Assembly: GCA_965178125.1 (NCBI GenBank)
Contig: OZ237747.1
Coordinates: forward strand, 186,001 to 250,000
Direction: 5' to 3'
Source of the DNA: Bilabrum cf. latius
Taxonomy: Eukaryota
DNA length: 64,000 nt
Shown: one piece after another, positions 25,137 through 36,581 of the stretch
Position numbering within the stretch: the first letter of the stretch is position 1
Layout of the letters: each line of letters opens with the position of its first letter
Notes under the pieces: generated by a model
What the model saw: the letters and a program-made list of their open reading frames with translations, nothing else
Told to the model about the DNA's origin: nothing
The model's database searches: none
Translations under genes and position numbers: made by a program

Positions 25137-28100
25137 TCAACCTATTGCCCCTCCATCATCCAATCTATCTTGCTCCGGCTTGGGCCTCTCCATCTGCACC
25201 AGGTCTGCTCGGCCGGCCTGCGCTCTAGCCCGTATCTGGGCCGCAGCTGCCTTTTCTTTCTCAATGCGACGCTGCTCCCGCACTTTTTGCCGCCGTACGA
25301 ACCGCACATCGGCCTCAGCCAGCGACTGTTCCGCTGCCAAAGACAGCCCGCCCGCTCCCGCCCCTCCCTCCCCCGCATGCTCGCCCTGCTGGCTCCCAGC
25401 CCGCACTCCGAGGCTGCCCCCGGGTCCCGTTCCCGCGGCATACAGCGTCCCTGCAGCCCCAATTGGCGTGTATCTCTTCCCGTCCCCCCTCCCCCCCCCG
25501 ATCCTGGCCCGCGCCCCCTGGAGCCCCATCACGGAGCTGCGCCTCTGGTACGCCCGCCCCGAGGGATCTCCCCCACGCAGCGAACGGCCCTGGCGCAGAG
25601 CTGCGAGCCCAGGCCCCGCAAGTCCGCTCACCGTCCCCACGTGCACAGAGCCCAGCCGCCCCCTCTCCAGGCCCCACCGCGGGCCCAAACCAGGCCCAGG
25701 CCCAGGCCCAGAAGTGGGCCCGCTCACGCCGCGAGCACCACACGAGCCGGCCCGGGCGAGCGGCTGCATCCCGATCAATGCACCGCTCCCGCCCGAAGGC
25801 ACGATCCTGTTCGGCTCACGGGCCGTGCGGGCCGCCGCAGGGGACCCCACTGACCCGCGGCGGGGCCGCACAGTGCTGCTGGCAGGGAACACACCGCCCG
25901 AGGCAACACCCTGCAGCTCCCCGCCGCCTGCACGGTCCACGCCACCGGCAGCATCCCCAGGGTCCAGTCCCCCGGGCAGGTGCGGGGGAGGGATGCGGCG
26001 CCGAGCCGAGGGGGGGGGAGGAGCGTCTGAGGCGCGCCGCGGCAGCGAGCCCGCTGTTCCAGCAAACCCCCCCGCTGCTGTTCCCTGGCTGCCGCTCCCG
26101 GCACTGAGTGCGAGGCCGTGCGTCCCGCTGGCTGCATCGAAGGTTCCTTCCTACTCTCCCTGCCCCCACTCCGCCCGCGCCAGAGCCGCAGCGGAGCCAT
26201 GGTCGTAGTCATGCTCACGGTCGTGGTCGTGGTCGTCCGCGTGCAGCTCGATGTCGCGCTCGCTACCCGCCGGGACTGACGCAGAGCCCCCTGCACCCAG
26301 CCCCACCGCGGCAGACAGTGATCCGCCCCCCTCCCTCCCGGATCCCACCGTGTGCATGGCCCCGTCCTCGGACTGTTCCCCGGCCGGGAGCTGCCGCTCG
26401 CCCATGATCCGATCCGCCCGTGCACGCCCCAGGCTCGCCTCAGAGTGGCGGTCGCTCAGGGAGCGCTGCACCGACCCGGAGCCGGAGCCCAGGCCCTCCG
26501 ACCGCGGGCTTGCACCGTCGTGCGATGCACCGTCCTCGTGGTCCACCATGCTTCCCTCTCGATCCGCGGTGCCTGCCTCGTCCCCCTCCTCCTCCTCCTC
26601 GTCCTCCTCCTCGTCATCGGCCTCTTGCACCGCGGCGGGCAAGCCCTTCCCATTGCCTGTACCCTGCCCATTCCCGGGCACTGCACCATCGTGCGGTGCA
26701 CCCTCTTGGAAGGAGCGGCGAGCGGCCGCCATGGCTTCAGCCGTGATGTTGTGCTTCCCGGACTCGACCCTGCGCACCTGCCCCTCCGAGTCGCTCACGG
26801 TGCGGCTGGACCTGTGTGCCCGCGCGACTCCCAGACCAGCGATGCCGACTGTCCCGATGCCCGCGCCCCCCTCGGCCCCAATCGGCCCTGGGATCGAAAT
26901 GGGCCCAGGGAGCTCCCCCCCCCCTGCCCCAGTCTCGGCCCCGCCCCTGAGCCCAGCAGCACCTCCACGCTCCAGGCCGTCACCGGCCCGGCCGATCTCA
27001 CGTACTCCCTCGGCTGCGCTGGCCCCGCCTCCGTCGCCCTCCTGCACCCCCGTGGCTCCCACCAGGGCAGTATCTACCGCAGACACTCCTTGTTCCCTCA
27101 GCTTTGCAGCCGCCGCGGCCTCTGCAGCCGTGCCCTGCCTCACCATGGAGCTCTCCGTGGACACCACGCTGGGGGCCCGTCCCCTCCGCACCGACGGCAG
27201 CTCCGTGGAGTCTGGGGGCGCCTCCGCGCCGGCTAGCCCCGGCCCCGGCCCCGGCTCCGGCCCCTGTTCTGACTCTGCTCCTGCGCTAGACTGCCGTGAG
27301 ACTGCGGAGATATCGCGCGCCATGTCCCTGAGGCTGCTCACGGGTGTCATCATCGCAGCCCCCTGATGCCCGTCGCTGGTGCTGCCCGTGGTCTGCCTGC
27401 CACCGAGCCCGGGCCCGTCCTCGCCACGCCCCGTCTAGGGCGCCTCTCCCTCCCCAGTGACCTCCTCCCCATCCACCTCCTCCCCAGTGACCTCCTCGTA
27501 GAAATCTGGATCCGCGAGCGTGTCCTTGTCTGGCAGCGCGGTGCCATGTCCCCCGTGACCTCCGGTGGACAGCCCGCCCGTGTCCATGCCATCTCCCAGC
27601 AACCCGCCCGACACGAGGTCCGTACCCGTACCCGTGCCGCGCGCCAGGTCCAGGTCCAGGTCCAGGTCTTCGCTAAAGTCCGTCCCCGGCTCCTCCCCAT
27701 GCATGTGTCTCATCGCGTCCTCGCCCTCGCCCCCGCCATGCACCCCTGCTTCGTCCTCCTCTCCCCGCTCCCGCTCCCTCTCCTCCTCATCGTCGTGCAC
27801 TAGCAGCGCCCCCACCTGCAGGTCCAGCTCGTCAGCACTCAGGGCCCGCCTCTCCCTCCCAGGGGCACTCGTCACAGAGCCCACCCCAGCCTCCGCGTGC
27901 AGGTCACCAGCCCTCAGCCCCGTCTCGGCTCCTGCTCCTGCTCCTGCTCCAGCCACAGGCTCCGCACCCAGCCCAAGCAACCCCTCACCCACACCACCGC
28001 TAAACAGCGGCCCTGAGTGCCGCCCGTCGTCCGACCTTGTCTCCAGCTTGTCCAGCTCATCTGCCCCCGGGGCCGGGCCCAGCAGCATGTCGGCTGCTTC

Positions 28101-30619
28101 CTGCGCGTCGCCTGCCGCCACCAGAGCAGCTGCAGCCGAGGCCAGCTGCGCGTCGCCCATGGCCTGTCCCTCGGCGAGGGCGCTGGCAGCCGCCGCGGTG
28201 GCCGCCACCGAAGTGATGGACCTGCGGCGGCCGGCTTTCCCTAGGCTTGGTGAGTTGTTGGCGCTCGCTGCGGCATGGGCATGAGGAGTATGAGCGCTCG
28301 CTTGGCCGGCCGAGATGGCTCGCTGCCTGCCGTTCAGGCTCTCCTCTGCGTCCCCTTGTTCCCCAGGGAACACATCAGACTCGTTCGCTGATCCCATTCG
28401 CTGCAGATCATTTCCAGTCGCGTTCCCTGCCTCTTCTGCCCCGATCGAGGCCTTGTCGTTGATGGTGCCCCCACCCCCACGGTTGGCGGCCTGCGTTTGC
28501 CCCTCGCCCTCGGTACCCACCACCGCACCCTGATTCTCGTTGCGCGACGCCGTGGCCTCAGCAGCCGCGGCAGCCGCATTGCTGGCCGCCGTCGCCTCAG
28601 CCACCTCCGCCTCCAGTACCGCCACGGCCTCGGGCGAGTGGAAGCCCACGCCCCGCGCGGGGCAGAAGTTGAGCGCCCCCGGCTCCCCTTGCGGGGCAGA
28701 CTCTACCCCGGCGGCGTGCGCCACGCCCTCGGGGGCACCCAGCGCGCCCCGCTTGCCGGTCTGGTGCCCGAATCGGTTGAAGAGAACCACCGCGAACGTG
28801 ATGTTGTCCTTTGTAGCGTGCACTTGCAGCGTGGTGGTGATGAGACCCTCCACGCAATCGGCCACGCTCACTCGCCTGAGGAGCTGCTTCTTGACTTCGT
28901 TGATCAGGTTTTGCCGGCTCGGGAACTTGTCGAAGATTCCATCGCTGCCCATGATCAGGAACTCTACCTGGTCGTCGAGGTGCACGCAGCGCACGTGCGG
29001 GTCGGGGATGAGTCCCCCCTTGATGTCTTTCTTGATGAACCGACCCCCTATGTTGCGGCTGACTGCCAGGAGGCCGCCCACCCTAGGCGTGGGGTCTCCT
29101 TTCTTGCGGCGGACCGTCCCCCCCGCCGCGCGGATGCGCTTCATCTCCGAGGGGTCTTCCGCCTTGTGCTAGTAGGTCAGCTCCACGGCTTTGCCCCCCT
29201 TGCACAGCCAGGCCTCGCAGTCCCCCACATTAGCCACGAGGAGGCAGTCGCCGATCACCAGCGCGGTCACCACGCAGGACCCCGCGGCGTCTGGGATGTG
29301 CGCGGGCATGTTCAGCACTCGCTAGTCGATCGCATGGTACACGTCCCGCATGGCCGCAGGCAGGTTTCGGGGAACAACGCGAAGGTACCGCCGGTGGCCC
29401 TGGGGAAGCCCCGTCCTCGCCCTCGCCCTGCCCCTGCCGGCAGCTCCCCTCCTCCTCCTCTGCATCGACATCCCGCCCGCGCTCGAGCCCGCCCCGCTCA
29501 CATCCGCAGTCCCACCCCCCGCCCCCGCCCCCGCGTGGTGAGGATGATGATGGCGCCCGTCCTGCGCCATTGCAGCCCGTCGCATGGCAGCCATGGAGCC
29601 CGCGCTGGGCCCCCGCGATGCGCGCGAGAGCCCCCTGCCGGTGCGGCGGCCCAGCGCGAAGGAGCTGGCTCGGCCGGACCCAAGGCTCCGCATGGATCGC
29701 CTGCCCTCGGATCTGCCCCCGACGCTGCTCGCTTCCTCGTTCTGGGCGTTGCTCGGAACGGCTGCTGCATGGGGTCCTGTCACTGGGTTGCTCTGCGAAA
29801 CATCCGCCTTGAAGCTATTGTTTGTGTCTGCCTGCTGGGATGCTGCAGCAGTCGCCGCCAGAGCGAGCATCTTGGCACGTCGGAGGTTCGCCATCCAGTC
29901 CCTGCCCGCGGCTACCGAAGCGACGTGCTCTTCCTCAGACCGAATGACGGAAATCTAATCGAGAATGGCTTGGAGCATGCTGTCCTTCAGATACGTCGAT
30001 ACTTCGTCGCCGCCGTGGCCATCGTACACCGCAAACGCAGCGCACCTGTTGTCGTTGCCGAAAATGCTGCGAATATGCGCTTTGTCTTCGTCATACGAAG
30101 GAGCTCCGCGCTCAGCACGGCCATAAGCAATGATACCCAGCATGCGGTTGGCTTGGCCCCCATTCCCAGCTTCGATGCGGTCCGGTAACGCGTCGGTAAT
30201 TACTGGATATAGCAGCTCCTCTTGCTTGTCCCCGGTCATGCCTTGCGCTTGCTCCTCTACTTCCTAGAAAAGCTGGGCAGTTCGCACGCGAGCTGCTCTG
30301 GAGCGCCCGCCAGTTTTCCTTGACGCGACAACAGCTGCCCTGCGCACCGCCGCATCGGTGTCGGTCCGCGAATCAGACCCACCTACGAGGTGTGGGAGGC
30401 ACAGTGGGCAGAACAGGTAGTCTCATACAATAGGTAATAGAACAAAGCATACAATTTACAGGCCGCTTGGATTGAATCAGCGCGTTGGTGTGTAATCGGA
30501 ACAACCAGCGCGGCGTCCGCAGCGCCTCATCAGGGCATCAAGCATTGATTGAAACACATACCTGACTAGTCATGTCGATTTTCACTGGGTAGTGGCGATT
30601 TTGAGCTGCAGCAGCCCAT
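25137..30619 (-). CDS. PP2C/PPM protein phosphatase with an N-terminal acylation motif and long low-complexity insert and tail, about 1,767 aa; exons 30619-30562 and 30382-25137
   Basis: Motifs: YDEDK, FAVYDGHGG, AGSCVVTALV, VANVGDCEA, EMKRIRAAGG, RVGGLLAVSRNIG, FLIMGSDGIFD and KDNIT. Exon 1 MGCCSSKSPLPSENRHD[Q]S joins in phase via the intron at 30383-30561 (gtatgt...cgtag). Seven TAGs. TGA stop. Confidence 0.85.
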
Positions 30620-30871
30620 TTGGTGTTGCGCAAGTATTCTAATTTGGCAACCGGTGCATCTAGCAGCAGAATGTCTTCATCTTCACGCCATGCGACGAGG
30701 CTGGCATGAGGACGTAGATGTCGAACAGACGCGCCTAGGCTGACTGTGACGTGATGAATGTTGTATATCCAACCCGCAATGCAGCCCTGGAGCTCAAGTA
30801 TTGGCATTTGCGAGTGCCAGTGGGCCAAGTAATAAAGCGGTGGCCCCCCGCGCATAGATAGCCCGGGCGAC

Positions 30872-31442
30872 ATGCAGCTACCAGTGCCGTCGGTTCGTCG
30901 AGCGGGCAGGTGACTTTGCGGCACGCATCATGACCCCAGCACAGGCCCACGTGGGCGGAGCCTGCGATGACGCTAGCGTGTTGGACACATTGGCGTGCTT
31001 GCTGGCATGCAGACATGGACGGTCCCGATGGTTGAAAATGATCCAGTTGGTGGTGCACTTCGCCTGCAGGTCTTTCCTCGGGCAGAGCATCCTCGGGACT
31101 GGTCTGTCCGGAGCCGGCAGCTTCATGGCAATCGCGGCGGACGCCTTGACCCACCCCGGCTAGGCCATGGGGGACGAGCCCTGCGAGATCATGATGCAAC
31201 CGTTCAGACGGTGGACTGGGACGGCAAGCCAGGATACGGCCTGGAGGTCCCTCCCAAGGGAGCACGGGGCGCGCAAGTGGCTATATTGGCTGAGAGTGGC
31301 TGAGCACGGCTGTGCTGGAAAGGATGAGACTGGGGGGGGCATGCACCTGGAGGAGTGCAGGGATGATTTGGCGGGAGTGTTGGCTCCAGCCATCGGATCG
31401 TGCCACTCGTCAGGAAGCACTGGCCCAGTATCGTGCAGATGA
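30872..31442 (+). CDS. Candidate small hypothetical protein; exons 30872-30909 and 31070-31442
   Basis: A putative intron at 30910-31069 (gtgact...tgcag) joins MQLPVPSVRRAGR to a high-GC3 frame, SFLGQSILGTGLSGAGSFMAIAADALTHPG[TAG]AMGDEPCE..., ending in TGA. No recognisable family. Confidence 0.35.
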
Positions 31443-31804
31443 TTCAGCGCCCCAGGCTTGGGGGTTCTGGTAAGCAGTGGGGGGGTGGGGGGGGGCAGGG
31501 GTAAGTGGGGAATGGTGGATGCTTGGGATCCACATTGCCACAAGTACCTGATGTTGTATAATATACTACGCGCATGGTGCATGTGCTGGTGCACCAACCA
31601 ATGCAAAGCAAGCAGCAAGCTCTTGCCGTGCCGCGTCATCATCCGGAATCATCCGGGAGACACGGGCAAGGCCACGTCCCTACCAGCTCACACAATACTC
31701 GATCAAATATGCTCCGCAGAGTAGCGAAACCAATACATGCACTGCTTAAATCATCGTTTGCACGTGCATCGGGCCGATAGCAGCTTGGTTAGCTTCATAG
31801 GTCC

Positions 31805-32961
31805 ATGTCGGCAGATGTGCAGCTGACAGCTGGAGCCACGGTCGATGTAACTCCCAAGGGAAGAGATGGGTTCATGGGTGCCGTAGGAAATACTCCACTT
31901 ATTAAATTGTAGGCTATCAGTGAAGCTACTGGCTGCACTGTGCTCGGCAAAGCCGAGCTTTTGAACCCTGGCGGATCTGTAAAGGATCGAGCAGCTTTGG
32001 GACTAATTTTGGACGCTGAAGAGCGTGGTTAGCTAAAGCCAGGGGGAACCGTGGTTGAAGGTACTGCTGGTGAGATTCGGAGCAATTCTGCTCGCGTGTG
32101 CAGTCCTCAGTTGGCACTGAATCGATGTGAAAACAATGATGCCCAACACTCGATCTCGCAGGGAATACCGGGCTAGGACTTGTCCACATTTGCAACGCAC
32201 TTGGTTACAGGTGTGTTATTTACATGCCAAACACCCAAAGCAAGGAGAAAATCGAGCTGCTTCGCATGCTTGGTGCAGAGGTGCGCCCTGTTCCGGCGGT
32301 GCCATTCTCAGACCCCGAAAACTACAACCACCAGGCCCAGAGATTTGCCGAGGAAACCGAGAATGCCGTGTGGACCAACTAGTTTGATAACACAGCAAAC
32401 CGTAGGATCCATGAGGTCACCACTGGGCCCGAGATCTGGGAGCAGACCCAGGGCAAGATTGACGCGTTCACGTGCGCCACAGGCACGGGCGGAACCCTCG
32501 CAGGAACCGCCCGCTACCTCAAGTCCCAGAGCAAGGACGTGAAGATTTTCCTGGCAGACCCCCCGGGGAGCGTGCTTTACTCGTGGGTGCGCAGCGGGGG
32601 GGAGGAGATGGAGCGCGGAGGCTCCTCGGTGACCGAGGGCATCGGGCAGGGCAGGGTCACGGACAACCTGGCGGGCACCGAGCTGGACGGCGCGGTGCAG
32701 ATCCACGACGAGCGGAGCATTGCTATGGTGTACACGTTGCTAAAGAACGAGGGCCTCTTCCTCGGGAGCAGCAGCGCGCTCAACTGCGTAGCGGCGCACG
32801 ACGTGGCAAAGGAGCTGGGGCCGGGACACACGGTCGTCACCATCCTGTGCGACGGGGCCTCGAGATACCAGAGCAGGCTCTTCTCCAAGTCTTGGCTCGA
32901 GTCCAAGGGGCTCTACGAGGCCGTGCCCGAGGATTGCAGGCACCTAGTGTCGCTCGAGTGA
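31805..32961 (+). CDS. cysK: Cysteine synthase (O-acylserine sulfhydrylase, CysK family); exons 31805-32069 and 32162-32961
   Basis: Motifs: [25 protein letters not shown] (PLP Lys), VEGTA|GNTG across the intron at 32070-32161, WTN[TAG][31 protein letters not shown] and [15 protein letters not shown] at 31910, 32030 and 32380. Confidence 0.95.
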
Positions 32962-33343
32962 GTGAGAGCTGAGCGCATAATGGTAGACGGCGGCAGGCTG
33001 CCAGAATCGGCCGCTCGATGAACGGCTCTGCACCCAGTTTTTTTTTTTGGAAAAGGCGCCATACTACTCTTCGGTGTTGCGCGCGCATCACAAGATTAAA
33101 TGACTGGTTGCGCTGTGTGCTATGTTAGTCGGTTCTACGAGTGTTTTCCGCGCACCGGCTCAAGTCACCGGAGACGCCGCAGCAAAAAGAACGATGCCAA
33201 CATCCACCACATGGGTAGGTTGCTCCAATTTCCTTCACCCCGCGCGGCCACAATACACTCGCCGACAAGTCCTGCCCAAAATATTTCAACCAGCGCTCTG
33301 CCCAGCCCGTGCCAAGCCGACCGCAACAGCTCTGTCAGGCTGC

Positions 33344-34410
33344 TTACTGGGCCTTCTTGCCCTTCTTCTCGCGCAGCTTGCGCAGGTAGAACTCGAGCTC
33401 CTTACCCTCAAGGATGTAGCCATCAGCGCGGCCGCACTGCCCGGGGCGGCTGGTGATCTTGGCGAGGATGCGTCCCTTGACCAGCTGGTCCTCGATAGCC
33501 TCGTCGAGCTTGCCCTTGGACAGAGCCTCCTTCATGCGCTCGTTCACGTACGCCTCACGGAGCTTGCCATCCTTGATTGCTACCTCGGCCTCCGCCGTCA
33601 TCTCCTTACCAGCAGAGCCGGCCTTGACCTTGAAGTGCGACTCGTACCACTTGCGGAAGGGCACGGCATCGATCTCCACGATCTCACCCTTCACGAGAGT
33701 CTTCGTGCGCACAAGCTCGTTGTTCGACGAGTTGTATACCACATCGTTGATCTTAGCGGCACGAGTGATGGCTGCGACAAAGACACAACGGCAGCAGGGA
33801 AACAAGGCCAAGAGTGGGCTGGTGTATCTTGGGGAGAGCTCCATAAACCGTGCAAAAATACCTAATGAGCAGCAGCTACCAAGCATTAATGTGGCAATCT
33901 GAGATAGGCAGGCAGTGGTGGCAGGAAGTGCGATACTCTAAGCTCACTGAAACCACCCCAGCTGTAGTTGCCGGTCTCCAGGCGGAGGGCGCGGCGCTTG
34001 GTGTTGCCACCACGGCACCTGACCAGCGTGATCCTCTTGTCAGAAGCAATCCTAGTGTTGGCAGGCACGCGTCCAGTCTCGTACTTGCGCTTCTTGATGT
34101 GCTGCGCACGGCGACCACCAGTGTGGCGGCGCTTGTGCCGGCTGTCCCGGGTGATGGCTGCGAAAATGGTACAGAAACGGTATGACATGCCGCCAATATC
34201 GGTACAATGCATGTACGCTTTTTCAGGAGCGAAGGACATTCTCAGGGGTGCACAGCGACAAGCACAATCCCAGGCAAGCTAGTGCAATCACGAAATACTG
34301 GTGACAGATGCGAACCGAAGCAAGCCAGCGAGCCCTCCGGCTTTCCTATTCATCATAATCACTATAATAAACAAGTGATACAGGATAACAATCCTCTACG
34401 CCTCACCCAT
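33344..34410 (-). CDS. RPS8: 40S ribosomal protein S8 (eS8); exons 34410-34407, 34157-33948 and 33771-33344
   Basis: [88 protein letters not shown]. Introns at 34158-34406 and 33772-33947. No TAG. Ends at TAA. Confidence 0.96.
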
Positions 34411-34573
34411 GATACAAACCGACGATTCCTATAATGACTGGGTGTGGCGGATCGGATTAAAGTCAGACTTGACGGAACATGCACGCTACTGGTTGGCCGC
34501 ATAAATTCGAGAACCGCACCTTGCTTGCCGTAGCTTTAAATACCGTCGGCGTTAAATACTAGTAATTGTAGCA

Positions 34574-36290
34574 ATGGAAGGTGCCAAACGACTGAAGTAC
34601 AGGAAATTAGGAGGAAAGCTCAGACCTGCAGCTGCCTCAAGCACCGCAGAGCACGCAGATCCATGGGGTGTACCATCTTCGGCGCCAGTAACCGCGCACT
34701 CGCCCGCTAGTGTCGCAGTGGCATCCGGTACTGGAGCCCCAGATGCTGAAGTATCATCGCTTCGCGCTAGAGCAAGTGATGCGGAGGCAAAGGCGTCAGC
34801 TCTGCAGGGCCAAGTCGCGAAACTGCGTAGCGAAATCAAAGAGGCCAATGCCCAGGCTGAGCAGGCGAAGAGAGCAGCGTCGGAAGCATAGCATGCAAAG
34901 GCTGGTATTGTGGAGACAAAAGAGGACGATGTGGAGCTCAGGCGCTCCTAGGATGAAATACGAGCGTTGCAAGAACAGGTGGAGGCTGCAAAGGCGCTGG
35001 CAGGCGAAAGCCAGCAGCGGGCTGAGCGTGCCGAGCGAGATGCCGCCAGCCATAAAGCTGCAAAGGAGTAGGCTGATAGCGAGCTTGCAGTGATTGGAAA
35101 GCAGGCGGAAGAGATGGCAAAGCAAGGCACCCGAGCTACCGAAGTGAGGCGAGCACAGATGCCCGAAGTGGCCTGTTTGTAACGCGAGCACCTCAGCTTA
35201 GCCAATGAGCCTCACACATGATCACTACTTTTACTATTCGCAGGAGGTCAAGCAAGAAGTGGCTAGGCTCGAAGGCGCTTTGGCGGACGCACGAGCGGCT
35301 GCAGAGGCGGCTCAAGCAGATGCTCAGGCGCTTCGAGACGCTTCCCAGTCCAAGGATGAGCAGCTGAAAGAAGCGCAGGATGCGGCACAGAGTTTGTCAA
35401 AGTCTGTTCGCGCCGTTGAGCAGGCGAAAGCCAGGGCCGAGCAGGACTCGGAGGCGGCGCGCGCCTCGCAGGCAGCCGCCGAAGCCCAGGCCCAGAAACT
35501 CAGGGAACAGGGCGAGGGGGCCCAGGAGGAAATCCGCAAGGCTCAGGCCTCCGCCGCCGAGGCCAGGGCAGCCGCGGACACGGCCCGCTCCGCCGCTGAG
35601 GCCGCTGAGAAACGGGCCGCCAAGGCCGAGACGGACGCCAGGGAGGCCCGAAGGGGCCAGGATGACGCGGCCCGGGCGCGGGGGGACGCGAGCAAGGCGC
35701 TGCAGGCCGCTAAAGACGAGGCCGCCGCCCTGCGGACCGAGTTGAGCGAGTCCAGGGCCTCTCTCGCCCGGCTGGAGGGGCGTGCCTCCAAGGAGGGGGG
35801 CAAGGCCAAGGAGGCAGCGGAGGAGGCCGCGGGGGCCGTGGCGCAGGCCGCCAAGCTGAGGGACGAGGTTGCCACGCTGCGGGCGCGAGCGGAGCAGGCG
35901 GAGCGGGCCCGCGGTGACGCGGAGGAGAAGGAGGGGATGGCCAGGGACCTGCACCGCAAGGCGATGATCGAGGCGGATGAGCTCAGGGAACAATTGAGGG
36001 CCGCGCAGGAGGGCGGGGCGGGAGCGGGAGCGGGGCCTAGCCCGGGCCTCAAGCGGCGCCAGTCCCGCCGCGGCGGGGGCGCCATGCGGCAGGAGGCCCA
36101 GAAGCAGAAGCAGGAGAGCGAGGAGGAGGGGAGCAGGGAGGGAGCCCGGGCCAAGGAAGCCGCGGGCGAGGGGGCTAAGCAGAGGGGCGAGGGACAGGGC
36201 GGCTTCGGAGTGGCCACCTTGCTGATAGTGGCTTTGCTTGCGCTGCTTGCCGGCGCAGGTGGGGCGATCGCAACGGGGGCGGGGTGCTGA
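34574..36290 (+). CDS. Coiled-coil protein with a C-terminal transmembrane anchor; exons 34574-35143 and 35244-36290
   Basis: An Ala/Glu/Lys-rich heptad protein is read through 3 TAGs. The intron at 35144-35243 runs gtgagg...cgcag. The C-terminus is GFGVATLLIVALLALLAGAGGAIATGAGC followed by TGA. Confidence 0.7.
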
Positions 36291-36581
36291 TGGAGGGCTC
36301 GTCGACTGACGTGTGACATCAGTTTGTGGGGTTTTGCTGACAAGTGGCTGCTGGATCTCATGCTTGAGATTGGGCCATCAAGCTCCTGATACGTTGCCGC
36401 TACAGATTTTGTAAGAAAATAAGATCAGGCCTTGAGCTTGTCCCGGCGGCCCGGGGGCGCGACAGACAAATAGATTGTTCCGGTTAGTAGGATCGGGGTG
36501 ACGCCCCCTTTTTGCAGGACCCGTGGCACTCTGAAGTGCTTTGATTAACCGTCAAAACATTGCCACTGACCGCTAATTATT

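Noticed and set aside
32030-32032. TAG=Leu, Glu, Tyr or pyrrolysine alternatives (G[TAG]LKPGG is often GLLKPG)
   Set aside because: This column is variable. The more constrained columns (NQFDN, QRQAI, NRxSAQ) all indicate Gln, and no pyl genes are present.
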